From contig CAIUDH010000041.1 of the NCBI GenBank assembly GCA_903897855.1, positions 44,879 to 108,878 of the forward strand: a DNA stretch of 64,000 nucleotides, in the 5' to 3' direction. Below are positions 21,160 to 31,760 of this stretch, piece after piece. This DNA comes from an uncultured Bacteroidota bacterium (GTDB lineage: Bacteria; Bacteroidota; Bacteroidia; UKL13-3). Under the pieces are notes generated by a model. The model made no database searches. It had not been told where the DNA came from and was given only the letters and a program-made list of their open reading frames with translations. The stretch's first letter is position 1. Each line of letters opens with the position of its first letter. Position numbers and translations under genes: made by a program.

Positions 21160-23175
21160 CTATTCCTTTACCATCTTTACTTTAATCGTTTGGCCTTGAA
21201 AAATCAGCAATCCAATATATACACCTGGGGTCCAAGCTTGTGCATCGATGCGTATATTGTCATGGCCTTTCAGGCTTTCAGTTTGAATGAGTTGTCCTTG
21301 CATGTTGTAGATAAGCATCTCGCCAGCAATTTTAAATTGTGACGGAATGGTCATATTAAAACTACCGGATGATGGGTTTGGATAAGCCTGGATTTCTTCC
21401 TTTGGAGCTTCTAATGAAGTCACACCTAAAACTACGGTGCCTGAAGTGAAACCATTTTGAATAGCCTTGCCCATACTGGCGATGCCGCCATTGTCTATTC
21501 TTCCGGCAGGGTCGATAAGCAAGCCTACAAGGTGTAATCGGCTGGTACTCCAAAGAGGATCCAATACGACACTGAAATTATGGGTGAACGAGTCGCCCGG
21601 ATTTACCGATGTTGCGAAGGCATTCGGCTTTCCTGTGAAATTAGGCGACACTATGCGGCCTACATGGTCATATACCATTTTATTGGCAGGAACGGGGTTG
21701 GCCATCGTTTCAAAGCCCCCCATCACACCACTGGTACCTCCGGAGTAATAGTTCGATTGGTTAAACTTCACATCGGTTCCTGTCACACTGTCTTCAACAA
21801 GCACAAATGCAATTTTATAATTTCCTGTTGCCGACTGAACAAATTTAGTAGTTAAGCTTACATCCAACACGCGAGAGGTACTATTATATTTTGCACCACA
21901 TCGGATGGTGCCTTTAGGCGCCACCATAATTCGTGTTAAGATGTCGGCTTCCATGGCCGAAGGATCGGTGGCGATGCCTCTGTCGATGAGCATACTTGGA
22001 TAGCCACTCACTTTGGCTCCAATGGCTTTATCATAAATCGGATAAGTCATGGGGTCGTTGTTGTGCACCGCAATACCAATAAAAAGGCCGTTGTATTTGG
22101 CATCCATATTTTTCAACCATACGGCACCGCGGGGGCACCATCCACACCATGTTCCGGTAGCCTCTTCAGCTACGATCATTTTCCCAACGGCGGGCGTAGG
22201 CGAATTTAGAGTCAATGTTTTCGAATTATCACCGGCTACATCATCGGCAATGCCATTCACTAAATTAATTTTAGCTACTATGGCACTGATGCCTGAAAGC
22301 AGGGTAATACTATTATCCAATGTGATGAGAGTAGTAGACAAGGATGCCAAGTTTAAACCCGTTACACTTTTAGTTTGTTTAATACTATTATAAGTAAGTT
22401 CGAGCGTCGCAGTAGTCACGATTTGAGTTCCTAAATTTCGTATCTCGATTACGGGCACCGAAGATTGACCAGCTAATTTCCCGGCCAAAGAGATAAAGGT
22501 AAGACTTGCATTTAAATTGGGTTTTACATAAGGAGTGTAGGTATAGCTAATATCGTCAACATAATAGGAACTATTGGCAACGGGATAGATATCCATGGAA
22601 GAAATTTGTCTATACGAGTTTTGAAAACTTCCTTTTGAGATTCCATTCAATAAAAAATTCCAGGTGTTTGAGTTCAGGTCAATTTGCAATTCAACTTTCA
22701 TCCATGCGTTTTGAGTATAAGTGCCATTTAACAATAGTCCTGAAGTAGTATTGACGATATTGAAATTTCCGATAGAATCGAAGTTCACGTCAATACTCCA
22801 TCCTTTTCCTAGAATAGCCTGCTCTTGAAGGTTGAAATAGCCTTTCTTTTGTGCATCCACAAACATCCACATACTAAAATTCATAGTGCCTGTATTATAG
22901 TCGCCTCCAAAAGGCAAAACAATATCAGCAGGCCCCCCTGTGGTTGATGAAGCAGAGAAATAGAGTGAATTAGTCCCGCTTTTCGCTTTCGCATTTGAAA
23001 TTTTCAGATCATCGGCTCCGCCGCTAACTCCGCTCCATGTTTTCCAGGCAGAATTGCTTTGAGTGAGATAACTCCCGGCGGTATAACTATCAAAATTATC
23101 CGAAAAAGTTTGGGCGATAATCTGACTTGAAAAGCAAGTCGTGAATAGTAAAAAACTTAGGTAAAATTTATTCAT
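21160..23175 (-). CDS. Large secreted protein with a T9SS C-terminal sorting domain and a CxxC (WCGWCP) thioredoxin-like motif
   Basis: Signal peptide. TGTWCGWCPRGAVW motif. C-terminal YPNPSSGSF...KVKMVKE Por CTD. Confidence 0.55.
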   Translation of the reverse strand: MNKFYLSFLLFTTCFSSQIIAQTFSDNFDSYTAGSYLTQSNSAWKTWSGVSGGADDLKISNAKAKSGTNSLYFSASSTTGGPADIVLPFGGDYNTGTMNFSMWMFVDAQKKGYFNLQEQAILGKGWSIDVNFDSIGNFNIVNTTSGLLLNGTYTQNAWMKVELQIDLNSNTWNFLLNGISKGSFQNSYRQISSMDIYPVANSSYYVDDISYTYTPYVKPNLNASLTFISLAGKLAGQSSVPVIEIRNLGTQIVTTATLELTYNSIKQTKSVTGLNLASLSTTLITLDNSITLLSGISAIVAKINLVNGIADDVAGDNSKTLTLNSPTPAVGKMIVAEEATGTWCGWCPRGAVWLKNMDAKYNGLFIGIAVHNNDPMTYPIYDKAIGAKVSGYPSMLIDRGIATDPSAMEADILTRIMVAPKGTIRCGAKYNSTSRVLDVSLTTKFVQSATGNYKIAFVLVEDSVTGTDVKFNQSNYYSGGTSGVMGGFETMANPVPANKMVYDHVGRIVSPNFTGKPNAFATSVNPGDSFTHNFSVVLDPLWSTSRLHLVGLLIDPAGRIDNGGIASMGKAIQNGFTSGTVVLGVTSLEAPKEEIQAYPNPSSGSFNMTIPSQFKIAGEMLIYNMQGQLIQTESLKGHDNIRIDAQAWTPGVYIGLLIFQGQTIKVKMVKE

Positions 23176-23340
23176 GTTAATTAGATTTAAAAAATCAAAT
23201 ATAGAATTATTTTGATAGCATCAAAAAATATTACATAAATGCTTAAAGAAAAGTAGATGTTGGTTGCTTGGCGTTAACACAGAGGAAAGGCATTTTTCAT
23301 GATCGCCTGAAACCATGCTATCCTCTTTACTTTAGTAAAT

Positions 23341-24657
23341 CTATACAGAGGTGGTTCGTTTTGGTGAGAGCAGTTCCCCTAAAACACCAATGGATAGGTA
23401 AAGCGTAGGAGCAATATACCTCATTTCAGTCCAGCCTAAATAATAAGCATGAAACAGATAAAAAGCACAAAACAAGAACATGATAAAAACCCTCTCCACT
23501 TGCATCATCTCAAACCGACCTTGTCGTATTTTGAATGATAAAAAATAAAATAAGAATATAGCGAAACTTAGTACAAATACCCAACGACATCGATATAGGT
23601 AAAATAGCATCACAAAGAAACGCATTGCTTTATTTTCATTTGGATTCTCAAGATTCAGTGGCCAAGTGTAGATAAACTTGAATAAAGCAATTGTTTTTGC
23701 TTTAAATTTAGAATGACCCGTTGTGAGCAATCGTTGATGAATCGTATCCATTAATTTGAAATACTCTTTATCATCATCCTCTTTGTAATAAGCTCTCAAC
23801 TGAAACCACTCCGAATACGAGAGCTGATTATCAAAACTAAAATAACCATCAAGTTGAGAGTAAGTCAGCAATGCCAAGGGCGCCTCAGGTCGCCAATAAA
23901 GAGGATCGCCATAGGACAAAATAACATTTTCTTGAAAAACAGAACCTCTTTTGTCATCACCAGGAGGGCTTGAATGCTTGCTCACGATGATTAGCTCTTT
24001 CTCTTTAATAGAGTGGTAAAGAATATGACCCATAAAGAAGAATCCAAGAATACCGATCACCATATAGACCTTCTGCCATTGCTTTAACAAAAATCCGTCG
24101 CCCCATATTAATATCATACAAAATATTAAAATAGCGACAAGGTAAAATGGACGCATCTCAAATGACCAGAAAAGCATTAAACACAAGGGTAAAAAACGAA
24201 TCATACCCGCCTTGGCTTGCAGACGAATGAGTAGGACCGACCCAATCAAAAAAAAAGAAGCCGCCAAACTATCCGAAAGGATGGCCATATTTATCTGAGC
24301 CAGTGGATAGCCTAAAAGCAGTATTGACAAAAACAGATACTTTTCATTCGTATTCTTGAAAAACTTGTCCCATAATATAAAACAGGTGACACATGACATC
24401 ACAAATTGAAAAAGAACAAATGTCAATAAATAATATTTCTCACTAAACACTCCATAAAAGATGGCTAGTATTACTGAGGTGCCGGGTAACCTCCAACCTG
24501 TATAACTGAAAGTTGCCGCAAGTTCCTTTGCCCCATTTATGTACTCAGTACTATCAGGGGTTAACTGTATACCACCCGAAATATATAGGAACAAAAACGA
24601 CAGAAATGTATTCGCTAAGAATATACTTAAAATAGATTTTTGCTTTTTCGAGAACAT
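23341..24657 (-). CDS. Polytopic membrane protein (possibly a glycosyltransferase-39/ArnT-like fold)
   Basis: About 12 hydrophobic helices and a periplasmic-loop-like middle. No firm motif. Confidence 0.45.
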   Translation of the reverse strand: MFSKKQKSILSIFLANTFLSFLFLYISGGIQLTPDSTEYINGAKELAATFSYTGWRLPGTSVILAIFYGVFSEKYYLLTFVLFQFVMSCVTCFILWDKFFKNTNEKYLFLSILLLGYPLAQINMAILSDSLAASFFLIGSVLLIRLQAKAGMIRFLPLCLMLFWSFEMRPFYLVAILIFCMILIWGDGFLLKQWQKVYMVIGILGFFFMGHILYHSIKEKELIIVSKHSSPPGDDKRGSVFQENVILSYGDPLYWRPEAPLALLTYSQLDGYFSFDNQLSYSEWFQLRAYYKEDDDKEYFKLMDTIHQRLLTTGHSKFKAKTIALFKFIYTWPLNLENPNENKAMRFFVMLFYLYRCRWVFVLSFAIFLFYFLSFKIRQGRFEMMQVERVFIMFLFCAFYLFHAYYLGWTEMRYIAPTLYLSIGVLGELLSPKRTTSV

Positions 24658-24913
24658 AAATTAAGTGTAGAAACGAAAATGTTACAGGCTATAACGAAGG
24701 GCGTATTGATTGTCTAGCGAAAGTAGAATTTAGATACCGTATCTGCAACTTTTTTAAAAGCTCTTAATGCAGGCCTGTAAAAACTACTCGGCACTAAATC
24801 AAATATGTTTTCGTTCTAAATTTAATTTATATTGGGTCCACCTTATGCTGACGATTTACCTAAGTATGTTCAATTTATGGTGGACTAATTGCGGACTTAA
24901 TTAAAAAGGAAAA

Positions 24914-24950
24914 ATCCGAAGCCATTGATAATCAAAAGGCTTCGGATTTT
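24914..24950 (-). terminator. Rho-independent terminator downstream of tRNA-Ser
   Basis: Perfect 12-bp inverted repeat AAATCCGAAGCC / GGCTTCGGATTT, followed on the - strand by a U-rich tract. Confidence 0.6.
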
Positions 24951-24954
24951 AGGG

Positions 24955-25041
24955 CGGAGAAGGTGGGATTCGAACCCACGGTACCATTGCTAGTACACAA
25001 ACTTTCCAAGCTTGCTCGTTCGGCCACTCTGACACTTCTCC
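24955..25041 (-). tRNA. tRNA-Ser (anticodon GGA), class II with a long variable arm; CCA not encoded
   Basis: The reverse complement reads GGAGAAGTGTCAGAGTGGCCGAACGAGCAAGCTTGGAAAGTTTG...GGTTCGAATCCCACCTTCTCCG. Features seen: a 7-bp acceptor stem, a T-arm GGTTCGAATCC, an anticodon loop UUGGAAA, and a long extra arm. Confidence 0.85.
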
Positions 25042-25104
25042 TAATAAACAAATGAAAAAAATTGTTCGCTTAATTCCTTAAAACAGCATTGTATTCGAAA
25101 CTAC

Positions 25105-28100
25105 TTACGCCAACTTGCGTTTCACCTCGGTAATTTCGTATCCTTCGATAATATCGCCGGCAATAATATTATTAAAGCCTTTGATATTTAAACCGCACTC
25201 ATAACCACCTAATACCTCTTTCACATCGTCTTTAAAACGTTTTAACGACTCCAATTCGCCGGTATGAATTACCACTCCATCACGTATGACACGTATTTTT
25301 GTTTTGCGTTCTATTTTTCCATCAAGCACCATACATCCTGCAATATTTCCAACCTTAGTGATGTTAAACACTTCACGTATTTCCACGTTACAAAGAATTT
25401 TCTCCTCTGTAGTAGGGGCTAGCATTCCTTCCATCGCTGCTTTAATATCGTTGATGGCATCGTAGATGATGGCATAATATTTAATGTCGATACCCTCAGC
25501 CTCGCCTAGCTTGCGTGCCTGTGCACTGGGGCGAACTTGAAAGCCAATGATAATGGCGTCGGAGGCCGAAGCCAACATTACGTCGCCTTCAGAGATCTGA
25601 CCAACACCTTGATGTAGGATAGAAATCTGCACTTCGTTGGTACTGAGTTTCTGGAATGAATCGGTCAAAGCCTGCACCGAACCATCTACGTCGGCTTTCA
25701 CGATCAATTTCAATTCTTTGAAATTACCGATAGCCAATCGACGTCCGATCTCATCTAAAGTAATATGTTTTTGTGTACGTATACCTTGCTCACGCATCAA
25801 CTGCTGACGACGTGTGGCGATGTCTTTGGCTAAGTCTTCATCTGAATACACTTTGAATTTTTCGCCCGATTGTGGTGCTCCCGAAAAACCTAATATTTTC
25901 ACCGGTGTTGAGGGGCCCGCTTTTTCGATTACGACACCACGCTCATTGAACAGTGCACGTACCTTAGTGGCGTATTGCCCTGCGAGCAACATATCGCCAC
26001 GTCTAAGAGTACCTTCTTGCACCATCATGGAAGCTACAATACCTCTTCCTTTCTCCATCGTTGCTTCGAGCACCGTTCCTACTGCCAACTTATCTGGATT
26101 CGCTTTAAGCTGAAGCATTTCTGCCTCAATTAAAACCTTATCTAACAAGAGTTCTATATTTAATCCTTTTTTGGCCGATATTTCCTGGGTTTGATATTTA
26201 CCACCCCATTCTTCTACCAAGATATTCATCACCGAAAGCTGCTCCCGAATTTTTTCCGGATTAGCCCCTGCTTTATCAATTTTATTAAATGCAAATATGA
26301 TGGGCACGTTCGCGGCTTGAGCATGACTAATAGCCTCGCGTGTTTGAGGCATGATAGCATCATCCGCGGCAATTACAATAATAACAATATCTGTTACTTG
26401 AGCTCCACGTGCACGCATGGCGGTAAATGCTTCGTGACCCGGAGTATCAATGAATGCGATACGTTTACCATTGGCCAAGGTTACTTCATAAGCACCCAAA
26501 TGCTGGGTGATTCCTCCCGCTTCGCCGGCCACTACATTGGCATTACGAATAAAGTCGAGGAGGGATGTTTTACCATGATCCACGTGACCCATGATAGTCA
26601 CAATAGGGGGACGCTCGAGCATCAACTCTGGATCATCAGCAACCTCTTCCTCCACATCGATAATCTCTTCCGATTCGGCTCCAACAAATTCTACTTTATA
26701 ATCAAATTCCTCAGCAACAATGGTAATCATTTCAGCATCGAGTCGTTGGTTGATGGAGACCATCATACCCAAGGTCATACAGGCTGATATTACTTCAGTC
26801 ACTGGCACATCCATCATCTTTGCTAAATCATTTGCACTTACGAATTCTGTTACCTTAAGTACTTTTGATTCCTCCTCTTGCTGCATTCTGTTTTGTTCAG
26901 AACGTTCGGCATGGATGTCACGCTTTTGCTTGCTAAATTTACGACGGTCAGATCCGGTAGCACCTGCTCCGGCATTACTCATCCGATTCAGGGTTTGTTT
27001 TACTTTGTCGCCTACTTCTTGCTTGGTAAACTCATTTGCAGGACGACGGAAATTACCTCCGCCTCTATTGCCTCCGGCTGGGCCTCTGTTGTTTGCATTG
27101 TTATTGCCACCAAAGCCTGTTCCAGGCTTATTGGGTGTGCCGGTGCCCGGCGTTTTATTATCGCCCGTTGTATTAGGGCTCTTAAATACTTTCGTATCAC
27201 TTCCACCTATATAATTCGATTTGTTCAAACGTTTACGTTTCTCTTTCTTTTCAGCAGAGCTTAAACGAACCTTTTCTTTATCGACAGGGATTTCAATTTT
27301 ACTTAAAATTTTCGGGCCTTCCAGTTTTACATATTTGGTTACTGTTAACTCACCTTCCTCGCGTTTCTCTTGCACATCACCCTTTAATGCTTCACTGATA
27401 TTCAGTGGCGACTTTAACTTTTTCTTTTCTTCAGCCGACAAAGTTTCTACTTTCTGTGTATTCACTACCGCTGCTACCTCCTTCGCTTTTGATTCTTCTT
27501 TTATTTTTTGGTCTTCTTTGGTTTTAGCCAATTTCTTTTTCTCTTTCTCTACCCCTTCCTTCTCGGCCTCAATATCTTGTTTTGTTTTTCGTGCTTTGGG
27601 TTTCTTACCGTTCTCGTCGGGAAGCTCGATGGTATCGATGAGTTTGGTTCCTTTAAGTTTGTTTTTTGCAACCGGCGTTGTTTCGGTTTCAATAACCTCC
27701 ACTTCCTTTTCTGTCGGTGTGTTTTCGACTTCGATAACGGGCACGATCACCGGTTCTGCAATTACCTCTGCCACTACCTCAACAACGGTTTCAACGATAG
27801 GTTCAACTTTCTTCTCCTCCGCCTTTTTCTTTTTTGCTTTTAGTTCATCTTCAATGGTTTGCTCCTTTATATGCTGTAAAATCTCATTGAGGTTGTCTTC
27901 TTCTTTTTCAAGCGCTGTACTCACCTTTTTCTCCGGTGCTGTAATAATTTCACTCTTCACAAACTTATCCTCGTTGCGCTTCTCGGCTTGATCTTTCAGC
28001 GCTTTATCGGATGAAAACTCGGCCATTAAAAGGTCATGAGCTTCAGGTGAAACTTTCGCGTTGGCGCCTTTTGACTTGTCGAAATCGATTCCTTTTTTAG

Positions 28101-28185
28101 TCAGGAATTCAATCAATGGATTGATACTTCTGCCAAGCTCACGGGCAATTTTATTTAAACTTACTGATGGTTTTGGGTCACTCAT
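25105..28185 (-). CDS. infB: Translation initiation factor IF-2
   Basis: GTPase G-domain (GHVDHGKTSLLD, DTPGHEAF, NKID). Lys/Glu-rich low-complexity N-terminal region. 1026 aa. Confidence 0.95.
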   Translation of the reverse strand: MSDPKPSVSLNKIARELGRSINPLIEFLTKKGIDFDKSKGANAKVSPEAHDLLMAEFSSDKALKDQAEKRNEDKFVKSEIITAPEKKVSTALEKEEDNLNEILQHIKEQTIEDELKAKKKKAEEKKVEPIVETVVEVVAEVIAEPVIVPVIEVENTPTEKEVEVIETETTPVAKNKLKGTKLIDTIELPDENGKKPKARKTKQDIEAEKEGVEKEKKKLAKTKEDQKIKEESKAKEVAAVVNTQKVETLSAEEKKKLKSPLNISEALKGDVQEKREEGELTVTKYVKLEGPKILSKIEIPVDKEKVRLSSAEKKEKRKRLNKSNYIGGSDTKVFKSPNTTGDNKTPGTGTPNKPGTGFGGNNNANNRGPAGGNRGGGNFRRPANEFTKQEVGDKVKQTLNRMSNAGAGATGSDRRKFSKQKRDIHAERSEQNRMQQEEESKVLKVTEFVSANDLAKMMDVPVTEVISACMTLGMMVSINQRLDAEMITIVAEEFDYKVEFVGAESEEIIDVEEEVADDPELMLERPPIVTIMGHVDHGKTSLLDFIRNANVVAGEAGGITQHLGAYEVTLANGKRIAFIDTPGHEAFTAMRARGAQVTDIVIIVIAADDAIMPQTREAISHAQAANVPIIFAFNKIDKAGANPEKIREQLSVMNILVEEWGGKYQTQEISAKKGLNIELLLDKVLIEAEMLQLKANPDKLAVGTVLEATMEKGRGIVASMMVQEGTLRRGDMLLAGQYATKVRALFNERGVVIEKAGPSTPVKILGFSGAPQSGEKFKVYSDEDLAKDIATRRQQLMREQGIRTQKHITLDEIGRRLAIGNFKELKLIVKADVDGSVQALTDSFQKLSTNEVQISILHQGVGQISEGDVMLASASDAIIIGFQVRPSAQARKLGEAEGIDIKYYAIIYDAINDIKAAMEGMLAPTTEEKILCNVEIREVFNITKVGNIAGCMVLDGKIERKTKIRVIRDGVVIHTGELESLKRFKDDVKEVLGGYECGLNIKGFNNIIAGDIIEGYEITEVKRKLA

Positions 28186-28352
28186 TTATTCTATATATAC
28201 TTTTTTACGCTTTGTGAAAATTACAATAGCACTGAACCGCTGCATTAGGGAATGCCTGCATGACGCTACACAAAACTTATATATACGTTCAGCAATCCCT
28301 TACATTTGATTGTAATTCTTTAATGTCAATAATATGTTTGTCGAAGAATTCA

Positions 28353-29621
28353 TTAACCTTCAAACTCAGCAAGCAAAATCTGCTTGATTTCTCTAATGGT
28401 TTCTTCTTCTAGTTCGGTACGGCGCACCAGCTCATCATCGCTCAAGGCCAAAACACTACGTGCCGTATCGCATCCTGTTTTCTTTAACTCATCGATAATC
28501 CAACTATCTATCTCATCTGCAAACTCTTCCAAGTCAACATCGTCCTCCTCATTAATTTCCTCACCATCCCGGAATACATCGACCGTATAACCAGTAAGTT
28601 CGCCTGCTAATTTAATGTTCTGACCTCCTTTACCGATAGCCATGGCCACTTGGTCGGGTTTCAAGAACACAGAGGCACGCTTCGTTTCTTCATCCAACTT
28701 CACACTGGTAATTTTTGCGGGGTTTAAGGCCCTTGAAATGTACAAAATAGTGTTGGTGGTGAAATTCACAACGTCGATATTCTCGTTGCGTAATTCACGT
28801 ACGATACTATGAATCCGGCTTCCTTTCATTCCCACACAGGCACCTACAGGGTCAACGCGGTCGTCATAACTTTCGACAGCTACCTTGGCACGCTCACCAG
28901 GTAATCTCACAATTTTCTTGATAGCAATAACGCCATCCATAATTTCAGGAACTTCACGTTCGAGTAATCGTTCTAAAAATATAGGTGCCGTACGCGATAA
29001 CGATATTTTAGGCACTGCATTATTCATTTCTACTTTTTCAATCACAGCACGGATGCTATCGCCTTTCTTAAAAAAGTCGGCGCCGATCATGTTGGCACGT
29101 GGCAACGAAAGCTCATTTCCTTCGTGCAATATCATCATCTCTTTTTTCCAAATCTGATACACCTCACCTACAATAACTTCACCCACCATTTCTTTGTATT
29201 TACGAAAAAGATCGGCGTTTTTTAACTCTAAGCTACGGCTGTTTAGTGTTTGACGAGCATTATAGATGGCGCGACGTTTAAACTGGCTCAAATCTACTTT
29301 TACTGCAATATCATCGCCAATTTCACAATCATCGACATGCTTCACGGCGTCGCTATATTCCATTTCGGTAGCAGTACTGTAAATATCCTCATCGGCTACC
29401 ACAGTATAATTTTGCCAAATTTCAAGCTCTCCGTTATCTGGATTCACGATAATATCAAAGTTCTCGTCGCTGCCGTATTCTTTTTTTAGCATCGCACGAA
29501 AAACATCTTCTTGAACACGAACAACCGTTGCTTTGTCAATATTCTTTGAATCTTTAAACTCAGCAAAAGCTTCAATCAACTCGCTTTTGTCGATTTCGGT
29601 TTTTTTGACTTTAGATTTCAT
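28353..29621 (-). CDS. nusA: Transcription termination/antitermination factor NusA
   Basis: NusA N-terminal, S1 and KH-domain motifs (GVIAIKKIVRLPGERAKVAV, GACVGMKGSRIHSIVRELRNENIDVV). Synteny rimP-nusA-infB. Confidence 0.95.
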   Translation of the reverse strand: MKSKVKKTEIDKSELIEAFAEFKDSKNIDKATVVRVQEDVFRAMLKKEYGSDENFDIIVNPDNGELEIWQNYTVVADEDIYSTATEMEYSDAVKHVDDCEIGDDIAVKVDLSQFKRRAIYNARQTLNSRSLELKNADLFRKYKEMVGEVIVGEVYQIWKKEMMILHEGNELSLPRANMIGADFFKKGDSIRAVIEKVEMNNAVPKISLSRTAPIFLERLLEREVPEIMDGVIAIKKIVRLPGERAKVAVESYDDRVDPVGACVGMKGSRIHSIVRELRNENIDVVNFTTNTILYISRALNPAKITSVKLDEETKRASVFLKPDQVAMAIGKGGQNIKLAGELTGYTVDVFRDGEEINEEDDVDLEEFADEIDSWIIDELKKTGCDTARSVLALSDDELVRRTELEEETIREIKQILLAEFEG

Positions 29622-29661
29622 ATTTATGATTTAATTTAAAAAACATTATTACAAATTTACT

Positions 29662-30114
29662 TTATTTAAACTCCAGTATCACACGGGCTTCTTTTATTTC
29701 AGGAAGAGCAACGGTGTGACGCGTCGCTTCCTTTTTCTTATTTTGTTCTTCTAAAATCAAACTGCTCTCATTCATCTCCACAAACCTACCTTTTAAGGTA
29801 TCTCCATCGTCCATTTTCACCTGCAACCTACGTCCTATATGTTTCGGATACTGCCTGAATAACAGAAGAGGTTCATCGGCTCCCGGCGAAGTTACATCGA
29901 GGTGATAAGCCATTTGTAGGCTTTCTTCATTTTCCAGCTCCTCACTCAAATGCCTACTTAACTTGGTACAATCGTCAATAGCCAGTCCTGAATCACCATC
30001 AATAACAACAAGTATTTTTTTATTACCCTGCGAAATCTTAAGGCTCACCAAAAATATAGGTGAGTCTTTTAAAAATTCGTTGGCCAACTGTGTTATTTTC
30101 TCTGCCAGATTCAT
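29662..30114 (-). CDS. rimP: Ribosome maturation factor RimP
   Basis: About 150-aa RimP-like protein immediately upstream of nusA. Likely start is MNLAEKITQ at 30114; the supplied ORF extends to 30174. Confidence 0.8.
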   Translation of the reverse strand: MNLAEKITQLANEFLKDSPIFLVSLKISQGNKKILVVIDGDSGLAIDDCTKLSRHLSEELENEESLQMAYHLDVTSPGADEPLLLFRQYPKHIGRRLQVKMDDGDTLKGRFVEMNESSLILEEQNKKKEATRHTVALPEIKEARVILEFK

Positions 30115-30124
30115 TGTACAAAAA

Positions 30125-30147
30125 AAGAGGGGTTTTAAGCCCCTCTT
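30125..30147 (-). promoter_or_regulatory. Terminator-like GC-rich hairpin plus U7 in the rimP-nusA-infB leader, 6 nt before the rimP ATG (candidate attenuator)
   Basis: AAGAGGGG / CCCCTCTT 8-bp stem with a 7-nt loop, followed on the - strand by UUUUUUU. A TACATTTG -7-like box lies at 30159-30166 on the - strand. Confidence 0.4.
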
Positions 30148-30377
30148 TTCAAATTCCACCGCAAATGTAAGCAAAATTTAATAAACAAACTCAAAATTGC
30201 CATGTATTTTTCATTTGAAGGGGGGCATTTCGGCACAAAACAAACAGGTATTAAAGGCATTTAACGATATTTGCCTTCCTTTGCAGTCGCTTCAATAAAG
30301 AAGAGTGGAAAAGTTGCCAAGCGAGCACAACTGGCAAATTGGTGATTGAGGCTGCTGGGGAATCGGTTATAGATAAA

Positions 30378-31760
30378 ATGAATATAAATTATAAAATTGA
30401 CGACACCATCGTAGCCTTAGCTACACCACAAGGTATAGGAGCCATTGGAGTGATCAGGCTTTCCGGTGCAGCAGCAATCACTCTTTGCAATATCATTTTT
30501 AAAGGAAAAGACCTGGAGAAACAACCCTCACATACCTTGCATTTTGGGAAAATTGTAGACGATGAGAATCAAATTATCGATGAAGTGCTGATCTCTTTAT
30601 TTAAAGCACCTCATAGTTACACCGGTGAAAATGTGGTAGAAATATCATGCCATGGCTCCCCATTTATTTTACAAAAAGTGATTGAAACTTTAATACATCA
30701 CGGCGCACGAAATGCCGAACCAGGTGAATTTACTTTGCGGGCTTTCTTAAATAAAAAACTAGATTTATCGCAGGCAGAAGCGGTGGCCGATTTGATCGCC
30801 TCCGACTCGGGGGCCTCGCATAATCTGGCTATGCAACAGATGCGTGGTGGCTTTGCAAAGATTATCGGAGAGTTACGCGCCGAACTCATCAATTTCGCAG
30901 CTTTAATTGAGCTTGAACTCGATTTCAGCGAAGAAGATGTGGAGTTTGCAAACAGAGAACATCTTATCAGCCTGATTGATAAGCTACAAAAAATAGTGAC
31001 CCCTTTAATCGAGTCGTTTCAGTTGGGTAACGTCATTAAAAATGGGGTAAGCACCGTTATCGCCGGTAGGCCCAATGCTGGCAAATCGACTTTGCTCAAT
31101 GTGTTATTGCAGGAAGATCGTGCGATCGTGAGTGAAATTGCCGGCACCACGCGCGACACTATCGAAGAAGCGCTGGTGATTGGAGGTGTTGTCTTTCGAC
31201 TCATCGACACGGCAGGCATACGAGAAGCCACCAATGCCATTGAGCACCTCGGCATTGAAAAAACATTTCAAAAAATAAAACAATCCTCCATCATTATTTA
31301 TGTTTTCGATAGCACCGAATTAAACGAGGGCGAAGTTCAAAATGATTTAGCACAACTGCATGCGGGCGAGATACCGGTGGTTATCATAGCCAATAAGATG
31401 GATTTGTTGGGAGCCGATCCACACCTTGCTTTTCCTAATTTGCCCATTCATTTTATGGCAGCCAAAGAGAGCAAGAATATTGCAGGATTGAAAACTATTT
31501 TGCATGATATTGTATTGAAAAACAAGAGTGCCGGAGCCAATCATACCATCATTACAAACTTACGGCATTTCGATGCACTTACAAAGGCCAATAAAGCATT
31601 AGAGGCCGTTAAAACAGGAATTCATAATAATATAAGCGGCGAGTTAATTGCACAAGATTTAAAAGAAGCCTTAAATGCTTTGGGCGCCATCACTGGAGAA
31701 ATCGATATCGACCGCGATGTATTAGGAGCCATCTTTAGTAAGTTTTGTATCGGAAAGTAA
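30378..31760 (+). CDS. mnmE: tRNA modification GTPase MnmE (TrmE)
   Basis: N-terminal DTIVALATPQGIGAIGVIRLSG. G-domain GRPNAGKSTLLN and DTAGIRE. C-terminal CIGK motif. Confidence 0.92.
   Translation: MNINYKIDDTIVALATPQGIGAIGVIRLSGAAAITLCNIIFKGKDLEKQPSHTLHFGKIVDDENQIIDEVLISLFKAPHSYTGENVVEISCHGSPFILQKVIETLIHHGARNAEPGEFTLRAFLNKKLDLSQAEAVADLIASDSGASHNLAMQQMRGGFAKIIGELRAELINFAALIELELDFSEEDVEFANREHLISLIDKLQKIVTPLIESFQLGNVIKNGVSTVIAGRPNAGKSTLLNVLLQEDRAIVSEIAGTTRDTIEEALVIGGVVFRLIDTAGIREATNAIEHLGIEKTFQKIKQSSIIIYVFDSTELNEGEVQNDLAQLHAGEIPVVIIANKMDLLGADPHLAFPNLPIHFMAAKESKNIAGLKTILHDIVLKNKSAGANHTIITNLRHFDALTKANKALEAVKTGIHNNISGELIAQDLKEALNALGAITGEIDIDRDVLGAIFSKFCIGK

Noticed and set aside
25814-27991. Plus-strand ORFs of 99-256 aa overlapping infB, including a 256-aa S/F-rich ORF
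   Set aside because: They lie antisense to the Lys/Glu-rich low-complexity N-terminus of IF-2. The codon-complement bias generates long spurious Ser/Phe-rich frames.
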